The notes: a model not told the origin generated them from the letters alone. A stretch of DNA of 64,000 nucleotides from Octopus vulgaris (GCA_951406725.2 OX597814.1:180730001-180794000); one strand, 5' to 3'. Shown: positions 14,761-28,478, counted from the stretch's first letter. A program made the numbers and translations.

Positions 14761-15304
14761 CTTCTACAATAACGGCTTTTGTTTAATATTTACGCTCTGG
14801 GTTCAAACGCCACCAGGTTTGCCTTTCATCCTTTCGAGGTCAATAAAATAAGTACACTTGGATCAATGTAATCGACTTATACCTCCCTCGAAATTGCAAG
14901 TCATGTACCGAAATGTGAAACTAATGGTATCTGCTACATTATTCGAAAAGCTATTTTTTTTAAATATCTTAATTGCTTTTCACGTGAGTATACAGTCCGC
15001 TCTCAACACTTGCATAACTGCATTGTCTATTATCTGCTGCTTCTACAGAAGCAACTGTGTTTACGATATAAAATTGCAGTGGCAAAAAATATATAAAATA
15101 AAGTTGAAATAAAATGATTTTTTTTTTTTTTTTTTTTTTTTACAAAAAGAATCGGACAGAAATAAAGGCTTAAAATCTCACCTCATTCCTTCAAACTTTC
15201 TATACAATATAGAAACATATAACACGCGCTTTCGATAGTAATCCAATTTTTGAAGCACAAAAGCGGGAACAATAATGAAACACGTCTGACTGGTTATACA
15301 ACCA

Positions 15305-15308
<4 letters not shown>

Positions 15309-15353
<45 letters not shown>

Positions 15354-15373
15354 TAATAATAATAATAATAATG

Positions 15374-15434
<61 letters not shown>

Positions 15435-15448
15435 TGATGATGATGATG

Positions 15449-15499
<51 letters not shown>

Positions 15500-15516
15500 T
15501 TAATGATGATGATGAT
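15309..15516. repeat. (AAT)n/(GAT)n microsatellite
   Basis: Trinucleotide run giving the poly-N, poly-I and poly-L ORFs. Confidence 0.97.
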
Positions 15517-16377
15517 TTCACTTAGTTGCCACCAGGGGGAAGTATGAGAGGGACAATACAAAACGGATATAAAGTATGGGGGGATTACATACAACGAAAT
15601 GATAAGATAATGTAAATAAATGACAAAAACGGAATAAGTACATATGGTATACAATGAAAAGGAAGGGAAATATAAATAGTATACAAAGGTTAAAATTTAA
15701 AATAGGGGCATGGTAGAGATGTAGTCCTCCTGAACCAGGATGACTTCTAGGGATAATAAAGGAACCCCACTGTCCAAGGTCTCCCTGAACACCAAGGACA
15801 AGTACCATCTACAATTCCCTTTCTCCAACTTGCAGGTCTACGCTTAGAGAGGTACCATCCACTCTTGCTATTTTCGAAACTTTCCCTCTCTACCCTCAGT
15901 TTCCTTTTCAAGTGAAACTTGAAGAAGTCAATGAGACCTCTACCAAAGAGGAATGTATGTGTCCCCACGCATTTCAGCCTCGTCCACCAGATAACCTCTT
16001 TTGCCACAGCCACAGGGCAAAGGAAAACTGCCTTGCATGCCCGATTAAGGCGGGTCGGCGGTGCAATCATCACTATAGACTCGGCCGATTTACGGATCCG
16101 TTCAACACGTGGCAGCAGCTGTTTGACATAACTCCACAAGTTAGCAATGCCCGGAAACTGAACGAGTGCGTGCAGAACAGTTTCGTCACTCTGCGCACGC
16201 CTCGCGCCTGTAGAGCTTATCTCGAACAGGTAACACCCCCGGTAGCACTGCCAAGTCAAGGACATCTGGAAATCATCCATGATAGTCCCCCGACCAGTTC
16301 GTTTTCGTCAACGCCCAGAGTCTCCCTGAGAACGTCGTTGCACTTCACCGCCACTAATCTATATATATATAAATCAA

Positions 16378-16433
<56 letters not shown>

Positions 16434-16654
16434 CAAGGATCGCCCAGAGCTCCCGCGTGAAGCGAGAAACCGGGAAAAACGGTGTTTTACACGGGTTTTT
16501 CTCTAAAAAGCTCTGCAGTTTTTAACCATTTCTCTCTCTTTTCTCTCTTTGTTTATTTCTCTCTTCTCTCTCTTTTTCTCATTCTCTGTTTCTCATGCAT
16601 ACACATATTCTCTCTCACCCTCTGTAATAGTTCCTCTTTTTTAGTCTATGTCTA

Positions 16655-16688
<34 letters not shown>

Positions 16689-16694
16689 CCTCCC

Positions 16695-16725
<31 letters not shown>

Positions 16726-19149
16726 CTTTAACTCACACACTTGCCAACTTCTGTCACAAACTGGTTTCCGCATATTTCAATTACTCGTGCGTAAAAACCT
16801 CTGTTGTTACGGTTTTTGTACGTTCTCCGTGAAAAATGATTTAGTTATTTTTTATTTTTCTTCACCCACTATGTTTAAATTCAATTTCGCCACATCGGCC
16901 TAAAAATTAACTTCAGTGTATTTCAATTTTGTCGTGAGTAAATATCTTTGGATGTCTGTGTTTCTGTGTGTGTGTGTGTAGTACGTATATATTTCTACAG
17001 TTTTCAACCGAATTCCACCAAATTTTACACATACATTGCTTATGTGCCAATGATAGTCATGCACTATAACATTTTGCCCAGAGCTCCCGCGAAAAACGAG
17101 AAACCGTGGAAAAAGGTGTTTTACACGGGTTTTTCTCTAAAAACTTCTGCAGTTTTCAACCGAGTTTCTGCTTTCTTCCTCTAAATTTTTTACACAGAAA
17201 TAACAGATTGCTAGAAGATACAGTGGAATACAACGCTGACAGAGGCCACTGCATCAAAGTCCCAGCCTTGGGAGAGTTTACACGGTCCACCACAATCAAC
17301 AGGAGTGTTTCTACCACAGTCTTTTACTGCACGAGGTCAGAGGACTAACGTGCTTCCATGACCAGAAAACCTATGATGGCGAGATATGTGAAACATACCG
17401 GGAGGCCTGCTTCAAGCATGAGCTGTTAGAAGATGGGGCACAGTGTCATGCAGCGCTGGCAGAGGCCGCTGCATCAAAGTCTCCCAAGAGTCTCGGGACA
17501 TTGTTTGCAGAGATATTGCAAACACACATGTTATGTGATCCCAGTTCTTTGTGGTTCAAGTACAGGAATGCGGAAAGGGGGAGGACGTCTTCATACCGGG
17601 GATTCCCCTTATTACGTCGGGAGCGAAAATCCCCTTCACTTTCAGGGGGTTGCAATTTCCTGTTCATGTAAGTTTTGCAATATCGAGCAACAAACAACAG
17701 GGGCAAACTCTCTCTGTGGAAGAACTTCACCTGGAAGACTCGTTAGTAGCGCTGCTGAAGTTGTTAAGTTTGTACAGTTATATATGTTTTCACCGACAAA
17801 TTGACTGTATTGTACGTTTTAAAGATTTTAAATTTCAATATTCTTTCTTTTTTAAATGTATTTTCATCAATTTCAAGTCATTATACACACATATATTTCA
17901 AAATTTCTACGAAAAACTGGTATTTTTCTCTATTTTTGCGGTTGTGACATATTTCAAAAATATTTTATACGTTTTTTTGTGAATTTTGGTACGTTTTGGC
18001 ATGGGATTCTGTACGTTTCTCAAAAAAGTTTCGGCAGCGCTCGTCGCTAGACTAGAAAATAAGTGTTCTTAGAATGACGAAGCGTTCACACCCCGAGCAA
18101 CGCCGGCTACCTCTGCCAGTCCTCTATATATTGCCAAAGCGGAACATCCACCGACCCCATTGCTCGTCTGGTGAGTGCCTGACGATATTCTAGGTGTCAC
18201 ACGTCCAGTCTCGGTCTTCAGCCAGAACTAAATTTCCATCAAGGAGACGAGCTATGGAAAGATATGCTTCACAAACGGAGCCCACACACGCTCACCGTCC
18301 ATAAATCGTTGCAGGTAGCGCAATAGAAGCCACCCAGAGGGCGCTAGTAGCAGACTGAACGCCGGACCTTTGGAACGCGTTCCTTCCACAAGAAGTTAAA
18401 TAGGAGACGCTCCAATCTGGCCAAACAGTAACTGATACAAGCCATGACGGTTAGGCGTTAAATGATAACGGATGTAGATATTCGCTACCTCTGCCCGACC
18501 TTTCAGGAACAGCTTCCTCTCAGCTCATTCCTGGGTAAGACTGGCCACCCTGTTCGTTACCTCCTCCCAGTTATTATCTATTAACTCGAGCAATTTAACA
18601 GGTCTGTCGATCCAGCGTCCGACGACGCCGTCCGAGGGTATCGACCTGCCTCTCCAGCAACCCAACCGCAAAACCTACCGATTTGCCGACGTTGATTTTA
18701 GCCCCTGCAACCGACTCATATGGCTCTAGAATAGTACCGACTTCGGAGGCGTCCGACACCATGACGGTAACGTCGTCCGCGTACGCTGACATTGCCTTTT
18801 CGTGTCCCAATTCGAAAGGATGATCCTTAACTGTTCCAACTTCCGCAGCAGTGCTTCAAGTGCCAATACGTACAAAAGAGGCAGCTCTGACGGACCGAGC
18901 GTGCGATGCTAAACGCAGGTGCCACTGTGCATTGCAGCAACCCAGCCTCTGAAAACATGTCTGAAACCGACTGCTTTCAAAATGGCTTCCAAGTATCGAT
19001 GGTCGACCCTATCGAATATTTTGGATTGATCCAAATTAATCCGAGCAAACCCGAAGCCAGTTTTGGCCCCGGGCCTATATATGATGTATCGCATAAGGTG
19101 GAGGTTATCATGGATACATGTTTTTGGGATTGCGCACGTTTGCGTTTCT
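15517..19149 (-). mobile_element. 5'-truncated, decayed L1/Tx1-clade LINE ORF2 (interrupted by a Helitron)
   Basis: RT motifs INLDQSKIFDRVDHRYL, SAYADDVTV and AGAKINVGKS; C-terminal RRAQSDETVLHALVQFP...LWSYV (zf-RVT-like); 3' UTR runs into (ATC/ATT)n. Confidence 0.85.
16358..18119 (+). mobile_element. Deleted Helitron with Rep/Helicase remnants
   Basis: A|TC start, 3' hairpin CCCGAGCAACGCCGG and CCAG|T end; PIF1-type GEDVFIPGIPL...LQFPVHVSFAISSNKQQGQTL and upstream YTVHHNQQECFY..LLLHEVRG..TYREAC..LLED. Confidence 0.92.
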
Positions 19150-19171
19150 CAATAATAATGATATTTGCGCC

Positions 19172-19252
<81 letters not shown>
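19150..19252. repeat. (AAT)n microsatellite
   Basis: Trinucleotide run abutting the 5' end of the Tx1-like copy. Confidence 0.93.
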
Positions 19253-19432
19253 TCTTTCTACTTGTGGTAGGAGGCCTGGAATTTGAGGTGAGGGGGATAG
19301 TCAATCACATCGATCCCAGTACCTAGTTGGTACTTAATTTATCGACCCCGAATGGATGAAAGGCAAAGTCGACCTCAGCGGAATTTGAACTCGGAACATA
19401 GCGAAGGACGAAATACCGCTAAGCATTTCGTC
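19253..19432 (-). mobile_element. 5'-truncated SINE family A variant
   Basis: Nin-like core and B-box GAGTTCAAATTCC on the minus strand. Confidence 0.8.
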
Positions 19433-19680
19433 GAGATGCACTTGGAAGTTTCAGCACTCAGCAACTAACATGGCTGAAAATGATCGGTGCAAATATGAAG
19501 GTAGCATACCTACAAAAATCAGCATTGCTTGGAGCTGCAAGAATTCTTTGAAGGGTTCTTGAAGCATGACCAGTAAACAAGTGTCACTTTAGTCTGCTGG
19601 CTGTGGACAGCTGACACTTTCTATCATACCCAGCAAAATAAACTGTGAGTTTTCATCACGTAATAATGAAAATAATAATA

Positions 19681-19716
<36 letters not shown>

Positions 19717-19943
19717 ACAACAGCAACAACGTCAACAACCAGCAGTACCCATGGGAATTACATCGTTGTTTTGAAAATTGGAAGATGGAATTGTATACTT
19801 TTCTGAAACTTTTGATTCTTGAAGGTGTAATCTCAGTTGCAATACAACACATCATAAATGAAGCTGTTACTATCTCTATCTCTCTCTCTCTCTCTTTGTC
19901 TCCACCCCTTTCTTTTCACCTTCTCTCTCCACCCTCTCTCTTT

Positions 19944-19987
<44 letters not shown>

Positions 19988-20369
19988 ATGTGGAAAGCTT
20001 ACAAGCGTCGCCATCATACTCTTCCATACCCTCCTACATCCACTCAGCTTAACACTTTATCGGACCGGTCTTTCAGAAGTCAGCTGTTAAAGGCATCGAA
20101 TGTCTTCACTCTCTGTCTTCTTTGGCTTCCTTCTCTCAGCTTCTTAATTGTCACAAAATACCCCAGGCTTTTTCGTTTCATATGGTCTTTGATCAACTTA
20201 GTCTGTGTCTCCTTTCGTTGTTTAGCTGTTGAACAGTTTAGAAGCTTTTTAGTGATCTTTTATTTGTTTAAGGACTTCACTGTTGTCAATATCTGCAAAG
20301 GACAAATTCAGCCTTCTTGTAAAGAACCATATCTTTGCAGCATTAATAAGCTTTTGCACTTGTTTGTTA

Positions 20370-20750
20370 GGAGTATAACGCTAGACCGTTCTTACGATAC
20401 GAGGATGTTTGCAAAAGGGACATGAAGGTCTGCAACATCAATATTAGCAACTGGGAAGCTGTTGCCAGCAACCGTGGAGATTGGCGACGTACCGTAAAAG
20501 AGGGAACACAAAGGAGTGACATAGAGAGAGAGGAGAAATGGAAAGACAAGAAAAGACGTCGACAAGAAACTATGTCATTACAACCAGCCAGGAAAAGTCT
20601 TCGCTACATTTGCGGCACCTGCCAGAGGGAGTGTTTGTCCAGAATAGGACTACACAGCCACAGCAGGAAATGTATTAAGACATGAGATGTAAAAGCCGGA
20701 CTAGATTATTTTATGCGCAACTCCATTGTCTCCCGAGACAAAAAGGATGC

Positions 20751-20755
<5 letters not shown>
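20370..20755 (+). mobile_element. 3' end of an RTE-BovB-type LINE
   Basis: RPFLRYEDVCKRDMK...WEAVASNRGDWRR...CGTCQRECLSRIGLHSHSRKC, the typical RTE C-terminal C2H2-like region. Confidence 0.88.
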
Positions 20756-20787
<32 letters not shown>

Positions 20788-22479
20788 GCATATATATATA
20801 TATATATAAACGCAGCCATCCGAAATCTCAACCACCCTTTACTCAAGAAAGACACCCTTTCGGTTTAGCCGCTAGCCCAAACATAAAAGCAGGACTTTCT
20901 AAACAAGTCAAACATGCAACTTAGATCCACCTTTCATAAAACCTTCCCCAAAGATTTTTTCCACACTCACCTTCTCCTTGTTGTGGTACTGGAGTAAAGG
21001 GATGAGGGTTGGATAAATCAAGCTCATTTATTACACAACTTCTTTATCTATACTTTCCTGTCATACACACAACCGTTGTTGTGCAAGGTGACCTCAGAAA
21101 GACCGTCCCAATGACAATTGTCTGCGGTACAGAAGGAATGGGTGGTCTATGATCGATGACACCGCTAGGTATGATACATGAATAGAGACAGACAGACAAA
21201 TTGTCAGACAAGAAGTTCATGGATGAAATATTCACCCTATTGTCTCTGAGTGATGTGAACAACAATATGTCGTTCTAGTTTAAGGAGTCATGGGATATTT
21301 TTGTATTTTTGTCGATTCTAAATTAAGGATTTCTGATTCAGAAGCAATGAACCTTTAATCCTACTTCAAAAGACTTGTCGTGACTTTTGACAAAATAGGT
21401 GTAACGATTTGAAGGGCCTGTTATAAAAGTACAACAGTCCCTGGTTAATTGCAGAAAATATCTATGTTATCAATCAACTCTATTTAGATGTAACATTTTT
21501 GTTCCCCCTACTTTAACGTTGTCTAGCAACAAACTAAAGGTTATCTTTTTTTCTAGTTTTATGATTTGATGAATCGAAATATTGAGAAAAAATACACTGA
21601 GAAATTAAGATATAGAAATTGTAATCCTGTTAGGCTAAAGTACTATCTCAAAAGTTAACGCTTTTACTAAATAGTTGTGGAGCTAACCTGACCATAAACT
21701 TCATAGCAACCTCTATAGATTAGGTAGAACTAAGCGAGATACATTATTCGTGACTTTCTAACGTTTACTTGTTACCAACACATAAACGTTAAATGTTTAA
21801 TAATGCATAACGTTCTAATTGATCCGTATCTAATATGACTATTATAGATTACGCTACATAGTGTGGTTGAGAATATACTGTTAAACAATGCTGGCCTAAG
21901 TACATAACTGCATACTATGATGTAGGTATTGAGAAAGGTTCTGACATTTCATTGTCATGCTGCACATGACAAGAATCATTATACTTACATAGAATTTAAC
22001 AATGTTGAACCCACGACGATGAAATAAGCTTCCCTGAGCAAGCGTTGCTGATTTGTATCAGTCTTAATGAAGTCCACAAATTTAATCAAGGGATTTACGA
22101 CACTCTGAATAGTTACACACATACACATATACACACACTTACACGCATTCTGGGGATATACGTTCTACTCTACACTTTTTCAACGATATGCATCTGTATA
22201 TTACTGTTCTTTTATCTGCATTGGTATTATGAGTGTAGCTTTCTATCATGTCTGCCGATGTGTATAGCTACTTCTTATAAGTACTGAGGTTTTTGTCCCG
22301 TAGAACAAAAAGGAAATGACTTTGCAGCAGTCGTAAATGAACAGCTTTTGTAGGGCTTCTACAGCTATTGCTGTTTCTGTTATTGTGTTGCTGTTTTTAT
22401 GGTTTATTACTAGTGTGACATCGGTTTTAGTACCATATTTTGTTGCCAAAGGAGATGTAGTAGTTATGTTTTCCTTTCT

Positions 22480-23978
22480 CCAGTAGTAGACCAAGAGGAA
22501 ACTATACCTGAAGAGTCATGTAGCGGTAATTAACGCCTACGTTGCTCCTGTCATCTCTTACCTCTTGATTGTCGTGCTTTGCCCAGGTTCACGTTTGATC
22601 AGACTGAAGCGTCTGCACTTTCACATTTTGTTGAAAGGACGCATTGCACTGGACATATGGGCCATCAGCTACCAATATCCGCTGTGTGGAAGACTGGACA
22701 AATCGTGGCTAAAGACGCGCAGGAATGCACTGAGACCACATCTCTGATTCATCGATGGTAAAAAGATGTAGTTGCCGTTTGTTAGACGCATTTTTCCATA
22801 GCATGTCTCTTTGTCAGAGTAGTAGTTCTGAGCCCAACAAAGCCGGAGGCAGGGTGCTTGGCATTTGGAAAGTAATCCAACATCCACAGACTTATACCAG
22901 TTGAGCAACGCAGTCAGCGCGGAAAATTCCGTATTAGCGTTCAATACAGAGTTAGTATCGGGCAAGAATTACGACGTTCTTGTAGAAACTCAGGGTGGCA
23001 ACGAGAATCAACTGGGTGGTTTACCTTATATGCCTTTCCGTAGAGGGCTCACGCATAATTTTCAGAAATGCCAGGCTTGATAGTGTTATCGGGGGACATT
23101 ACTAGCTCGGGAAAAATTCTATGAGCACGAGGATGCTATTAGCCGGGCTAGTCCGAGATGCGCGCAAAGCGACGAAACAGTTCTGCTCACATTTGTCCAG
23201 TAACCGACATTGCTGACTTGTGGCGTAATGTCAAACAGTTACCGTCATGTGCAGGACGGATTCGGCTATCAGATGAGTCCGTTTGTGAAGATCGCTCCGC
23301 TGCCTTCCATGGCTACGAAGAGAAAATAGTTTTATTCTCTCCAGTTACCGTGGCGAAAGAGGTTGTGCCGAAGATAGACACTTTCCTCTTCAAGGGAAAT
23401 TTGAAAAAAATACCTCAAAGAATAAACTGGAGGTGGAGAGGGGAGTGTTGAAAGGTGGATGAGAGTGTGGAGTGTACTCCAAATGAACAGGCCTGCACTT
23501 ATAGAATTCGGGGAAGGACTGCTTGAAGAACGTGCTTGCCTTAGTTATTTCTTTACTACCCACAAGGGGCTAAACATAGAGAGGACAAACAAGGACAGAC
23601 AAACGGATTAAGTCGGTTATATCGACCCCAGTGCGTAACTGGTACTTAATTCATCGACCCCGAAAGGATGAAAGGTAGAGTCGACCTCGGCAGAATTTGA
23701 ACTCAGAACGTAATGCCAGACGAAATACGGCTCCGCTTTTCACCCGGCGTGCTAACGTTTCTGCCAGCTCGCCGCCTTAGTGCTTGCCTTAGTGGTTAGC
23801 ATGACTTTGCGTCAGTGAGGTTTCCACGGTAGCCCTCAGAGATACTTTTTTGTAAATCTTATAGTTAACATGCTTTTGTTTATAGTTTTCTTACACCCAG
23901 AACTCCTCTCTATTTTTGTAACCTTTTCCTTGCAATGTCCTCATTTGTGTGTGAGCCCTGGTGGTTCATAAAGAAACA
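22480..23978 (+). mobile_element. Decayed 3' part of an L1/Tx1-like LINE, related to 15517-19149
   Basis: PRCAQSDETVL..IADLWRNVKQL..VAKEV motif; 3' end GAGCCCTGGTGG..ATAAAGAAAC; left boundary approximate. Confidence 0.7.
23546..23778 (-). mobile_element. Full-length SINE family A
   Basis: 14-bp TSD GTGCTTGCCTTAGT at 23532-23545 and 23780-23793. Confidence 0.92.
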
Positions 23979-25049
23979 TTATTTTCACCATCATTATTGA
24001 CATCTTCACTTTCATGAAATAATATATAATCATCGTAAGGATTATTATTCATGTTATTAAAAAAAAACTAAGACACACCTATATTCTATACATTTAAAAT
24101 GACAAAAAAATCATTAGATTTAGTTAATGATAATTATATAATTATATAATTATGTAATGCATAATTGGCACATACAAACCGATCATTTTTGCACAGATTA
24201 TATTTCTTCAATGAAATCAATAGTTATTTGATCATCAATATATGATTTTAAAATTGAATAAATAAAAAGAATACAAATAAAATATAAATACATGTATAAA
24301 TAAATTTAAAAGAAAAGAAAGCTCTTAATGAAATCAGAACCTCCTTCCACTTAGATTATAGCAGACAACTAATTAGGCTTCCGTTTGACAATTAGTCCAG
24401 AACAGACACAAGTAACCGCGTTATTTGACACAAATATCTTCTTTTTGTTTTTTCTTTCTGTCTACGTTTACAAAAATGATTTTTTCCCCAAAAGGATATT
24501 TCTTAATATTTTAAAATTTTAAGACGAACAGAGAGACGAAGAAAAATAGTGAGGAAGAAGTGGGAAGAGAAAGCACCACAGGTAAACGAATAACAGAGAG
24601 AGAGAGAGATACACAGATAAAAAGAGCTAGACAAGCTGAAAGCTGGAGATAAACCGACAAGTACGAAAGACTTGTGTGTGTGTGTGTGGTTTCCCTATCA
24701 ATCGATACATCTAGTTGTACTTCTTTGCTACCGGGTTGTTGTTGCTTCGTGCTCGTTGTAGTAAGAAGCTGATCTGTTATTTTAGTTTAGGGTTGTGAAA
24801 GAATAAGTCTCTAATCATAACTGATCTACCCCGTTGTGTCATGAATTCCATGACATTCTTTTGTAAAGATAACATTTCGTAGAAAAGAAATAGAACAACA
24901 TGGGTTTGCATTCACTTTCTAGTTTCATAAGTAGTAGAAACTATATAGTAATTTTGTGTATATTTATGCGTTTGCGTGTAAATATTTGTATATGTGTCTG
25001 TGTGTGCGTGTGTGTACGTGTGTGTATATACGTACATGCATATATATAT

Positions 25050-25108
<59 letters not shown>

Positions 25109-25647
25109 TGTAGATATATATAGATATATAGATATATATACATATATATATTTATATGTTTGTATATACGTGTGTGTATGTATATGAATATGTATATTTA
25201 TACATATGTATAGAGAGAGAGAGAATGGGGAGACAAGGGAGAGACATGGAAGTATATAAATACAAATAGGCTTAATTTGTATATTTACATAGATTATAAA
25301 ATCCAGAGTTTGGAATAAAGGAAACAAAAAATATTTATATAATAGTCATATCTTGACAACTGTACATGTTTGTATACTCTTTTGTTATTTTAGCTTTCGT
25401 CACAGCATTAATGTATGCAGCATTCTCATCGATCCCGAAGTACTTTTAGCTTTCATCTTAAGAGATAAGGGCGGAATCTAAAACGCGCGTTTCTGGCTCT
25501 TTAGTCTTCCTCAGTTGGAAACGCCGAAGGGAGATAACCCAAATATGGTGTTTTACAACTTTTATCTAAAGAGAAATTTGTTTTTCTCTGCGTTAACTGC
25601 AGTGAATTTAGAAGTTGAAATATATCACAAACATATCACAAACATTT

Positions 25648-26063
25648 AGGAGCAGGAGTGGCTGTGTGGTAAGTAACTTGCTTACGAACCACATGGTTCC
25701 GGGTTCAGTCCCACTGCGTGGCACCTTGGACAAGTGTCTTCTACTATAGCCTCGGGCCGCCCAAAGCCTTGTGAGTGGATTTGGTAGACGGAGACTGAAA
25801 GAAGGCTGTCGTATATATGTGTATATATATATGTATGTGTGTGTATGTATATGTTTGTGTGTGTCTGTGTTTGTCCCCCCAACATCACTTGACAACCGAT
25901 GCTGGTGTGTTTAGGTCCCCGTAACACAGCGGTTCGGCAAAAGAAACCGATAGAATAAGTACTAGACTTACAAAGAATAAGTTCTGGGGTCGATTTGCTC
26001 GACTAAAGGCGGTGCTCCAGCATGGTCACAGTCAAATCACTGAAACAAGTAAAAGAGTAAAAG
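25648..26063 (+). mobile_element. Full-length SINE family B
   Basis: tRNA-like head, internal (TA)/(TG) tract, AGTAAAAG-type tail; near-identical to 28479-28899. Confidence 0.92.
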
Positions 26064-26269
26064 AAAAAAATAATATTTTAACTAATTCGTTTATTCCTAA
26101 TCACTGCTTGGCGCTTTTGCTACTATTTTTGTTCCGACTCAACGGTCCGCTAGCGCAACTCAGTCACTGATGTTGACCATTTTTTTTCGTTAGAGCTACA
26201 GCTTTGAATTTGTCTTAGGTTACCCTTCGTCGGTATTTACCATTGCGGTATTTACCATTGCGGTATTTA

Positions 26270-26342
26270 CCGGAATTAGCTCAGATGGTAGAGCGCTCGC
26301 TTAGCATGCGAGAGGTACCGGGATCGATGCCCGGATTCTCCA
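26270..26342 (+). tRNA. tRNA-Ala(AGC) copy lacking G1 and G2 (probable retrocopy or pseudogene)
   Basis: Cloverleaf with D arm, anticodon loop TTAGCAT (AGC at 26303-26305), T loop GATCGATG and G3:U70 alanine determinant; positions 1-2 are CC, so two acceptor pairs are lost; no encoded CCA. Confidence 0.9.
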
Positions 26343-26357
26343 CATGATAAAATTTAT

Positions 26358-26590
26358 AAGGCGGTGAGCTGGCAGAAACGTTAGCACGCCGGGCGAAATG
26401 CTTAGCGGTATTTCGTCTGTCGTTACGTTGTGAGTTCAAATTCCGCCGAGGTCGACTTTGCCTTTCATCCTTTCGGGGTCGATAAATCAAGTACCAGTTA
26501 CGCACTGGGGTCGATGTAATCGACTTAATACCTATGACTGTCCTTGTTTGTCCTCTATGTGTTTAGCCCCTTGTGGGTAATAAAGAAATA
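26358..26590 (+). mobile_element. Full-length SINE family A fused downstream of tRNA-Ala
   Basis: AAGGCGGTGAGCTGGCAGAAACG...TAAAGAAATA. Confidence 0.93.
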
Positions 26591-26821
26591 GGTATTTACC
26601 ATTGCGGAAAGCTAAAGAGTCAGAAACCCGCGTTTGGGAATCCTGTAGAAGGAAGCACTGGGCAGATATGGTGTTTTCACATCTTTCACTATAAGAGAGG
26701 GCTTTTTTTTCCCCATGGTAACAGCAGTGAGTTTGCCTTTAGAAGTTGAAATATGTCCCTAATATATTTTAACTAACCTAAACTTCGTTTATTCCTAATC
26801 ACTGCTTGACACTGATGCTGC

Positions 26822-26870
<49 letters not shown>

Positions 26871-27123
26871 AAGACGGGTAAGGGTGATTAGGTGATGGTC
26901 TAGGGCTTAGGGGCGGGAGACCCCCATACCTTGGAAAAAAAAAACTTTGGTTGTCTTGTTGTAGTCGAGGGCTCTTCGTTGACACCTGACACCACTGGGA
27001 GGTGGCCCCTCGAAGTAGCTGGAAATGGACATCTCCAGGTCCAGATTCTTGAACGGCTGATGCTGCTGTGTGTGTGTGTATGTGGGGGTGGATGTGTGTG
27101 TGTGTGTGTATGTGTGTAAGGAC

Positions 27124-27161
<38 letters not shown>

Positions 27162-27409
27162 GGGAGAGAAAGTGGAGGAAGAATGAGGAGGGAGAGGAGA
27201 AGAATGAGGAGGGAGAGGAGAAGAATGAGGAGGGGATGAGAAAGTAGATGAAGAGCAAAAGAAGGAGGGGAAGAAGAGGAGGAGGGGAATATAGGGAGGA
27301 AAGAGGGGAAGACTATTTAGTTGATCTTCAGACAGGTTTTAAATGATAACATGTCAGATTCACCAAAAATTTAATGTTTATATTAGCAACTCCTCTCACA
27401 ATCCAACAA

Positions 27410-27451
<42 letters not shown>

Positions 27452-27940
27452 ACACACACACACAGACACCCTCTCTCTCTCTCTCTTTCTCTACTTCTCT
27501 TTCTTTCTTACTTTCTGAAAATTACATACACTAGCAGCTGATTTCGAAAAATACAAACAATAGCACCATTCTGGCTACCAAACCAACCTAACACTAAGAA
27601 TTACGTTACTTTATTTTCTAAAAATATGTCTTCCGAAACACATTGTATTTTAAGGTAGCATTAATTAGTTTAATGTATTCAACTAAAAAGTAATGTGTGT
27701 GCGCGTGCGTGTGTGAACGATCGTTTGAAAGTGTGTGTTTGTTTTCTAGAGGAAGGCAGAGAGACAGACTTCTCAGTCAGTTTAGTCAGTCAGAGATGGC
27801 TCCTTCCCATTTACATATTGTTCTTGCTACAGAGTGAGTCGAACAAAAATACTTGTGGCTCCCGGTGTGGTACAAGTTACGTTCCTTTACTCCTTTGCTT
27901 TTGGTCACCTACGAGATCGATAAAATACGTATTGGATTGG

Positions 27941-28322
27941 AAGCACTCCGTCGGTTACGACGACGAGGGTTCCTGTTGATCCGAATCAACGGAACAGCCT
28001 GCTCGTAAAATTAACGTGTAAGTGGCTGAGCACTCCACAGACACGTGTACCCTTAACGTAGTTCTCGGGGATATTCAGCGTGACACAGAGAGTGACAAGG
28101 CCGGCCCTTTGAAATACATGTACAACAGAAACAGGAAGTAAGAGTGAGAGAAAGTTGTGGTGAAAGAGTACAGCAGGGATCACCACCATCCCCTGCCGGA
28201 GACTCGTGGAGCTTTAGGTGTTTTCGCTCAATAAACACTCACAACGCCCTGTCTGGGAATCGAAACCGCGATCCTATGACCGCGAGTCCGCTGCCCTAAC
28301 CACTGGGCCATTGCGCCTCCAC
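27941..28322 (-). mobile_element. SINE family C (long form)
   Basis: Head GGAGGCGCAATGGCCCAGTGGTTAGGG on the minus strand; similar AAAATACGTATT flanks on both sides. Confidence 0.9.
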
Positions 28323-28478
28323 AAAATACGTATTAAACAAGTACGGGATATAATTGACTAAAATCCTCAGAGGTAGTGCACATGCACGCCGCCGCAGTCC
28401 AATGAGTGAAACCAGTGGAAAAAGAAAAACCAATTAATCTGGATACATGAAAAGGAAAACTGGAGCATATGAAAGAAT

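Noticed and set aside
21050-21275. Exon-like stretch with an AG|GTATGA donor
   Set aside because: No frame gave a recognisable protein and no partner exons were found.
26231-26271. CRISPR-like short direct repeats
   Set aside because: Adjacent 15-bp tandem copies without spacers in eukaryotic DNA; explained by target duplication.
26270-26342. A normal functional tRNA-Ala gene
   Set aside because: The first two acceptor-stem pairs are C:C, there is no nearby T4 terminator, and it lies inside a TSD together with a SINE.
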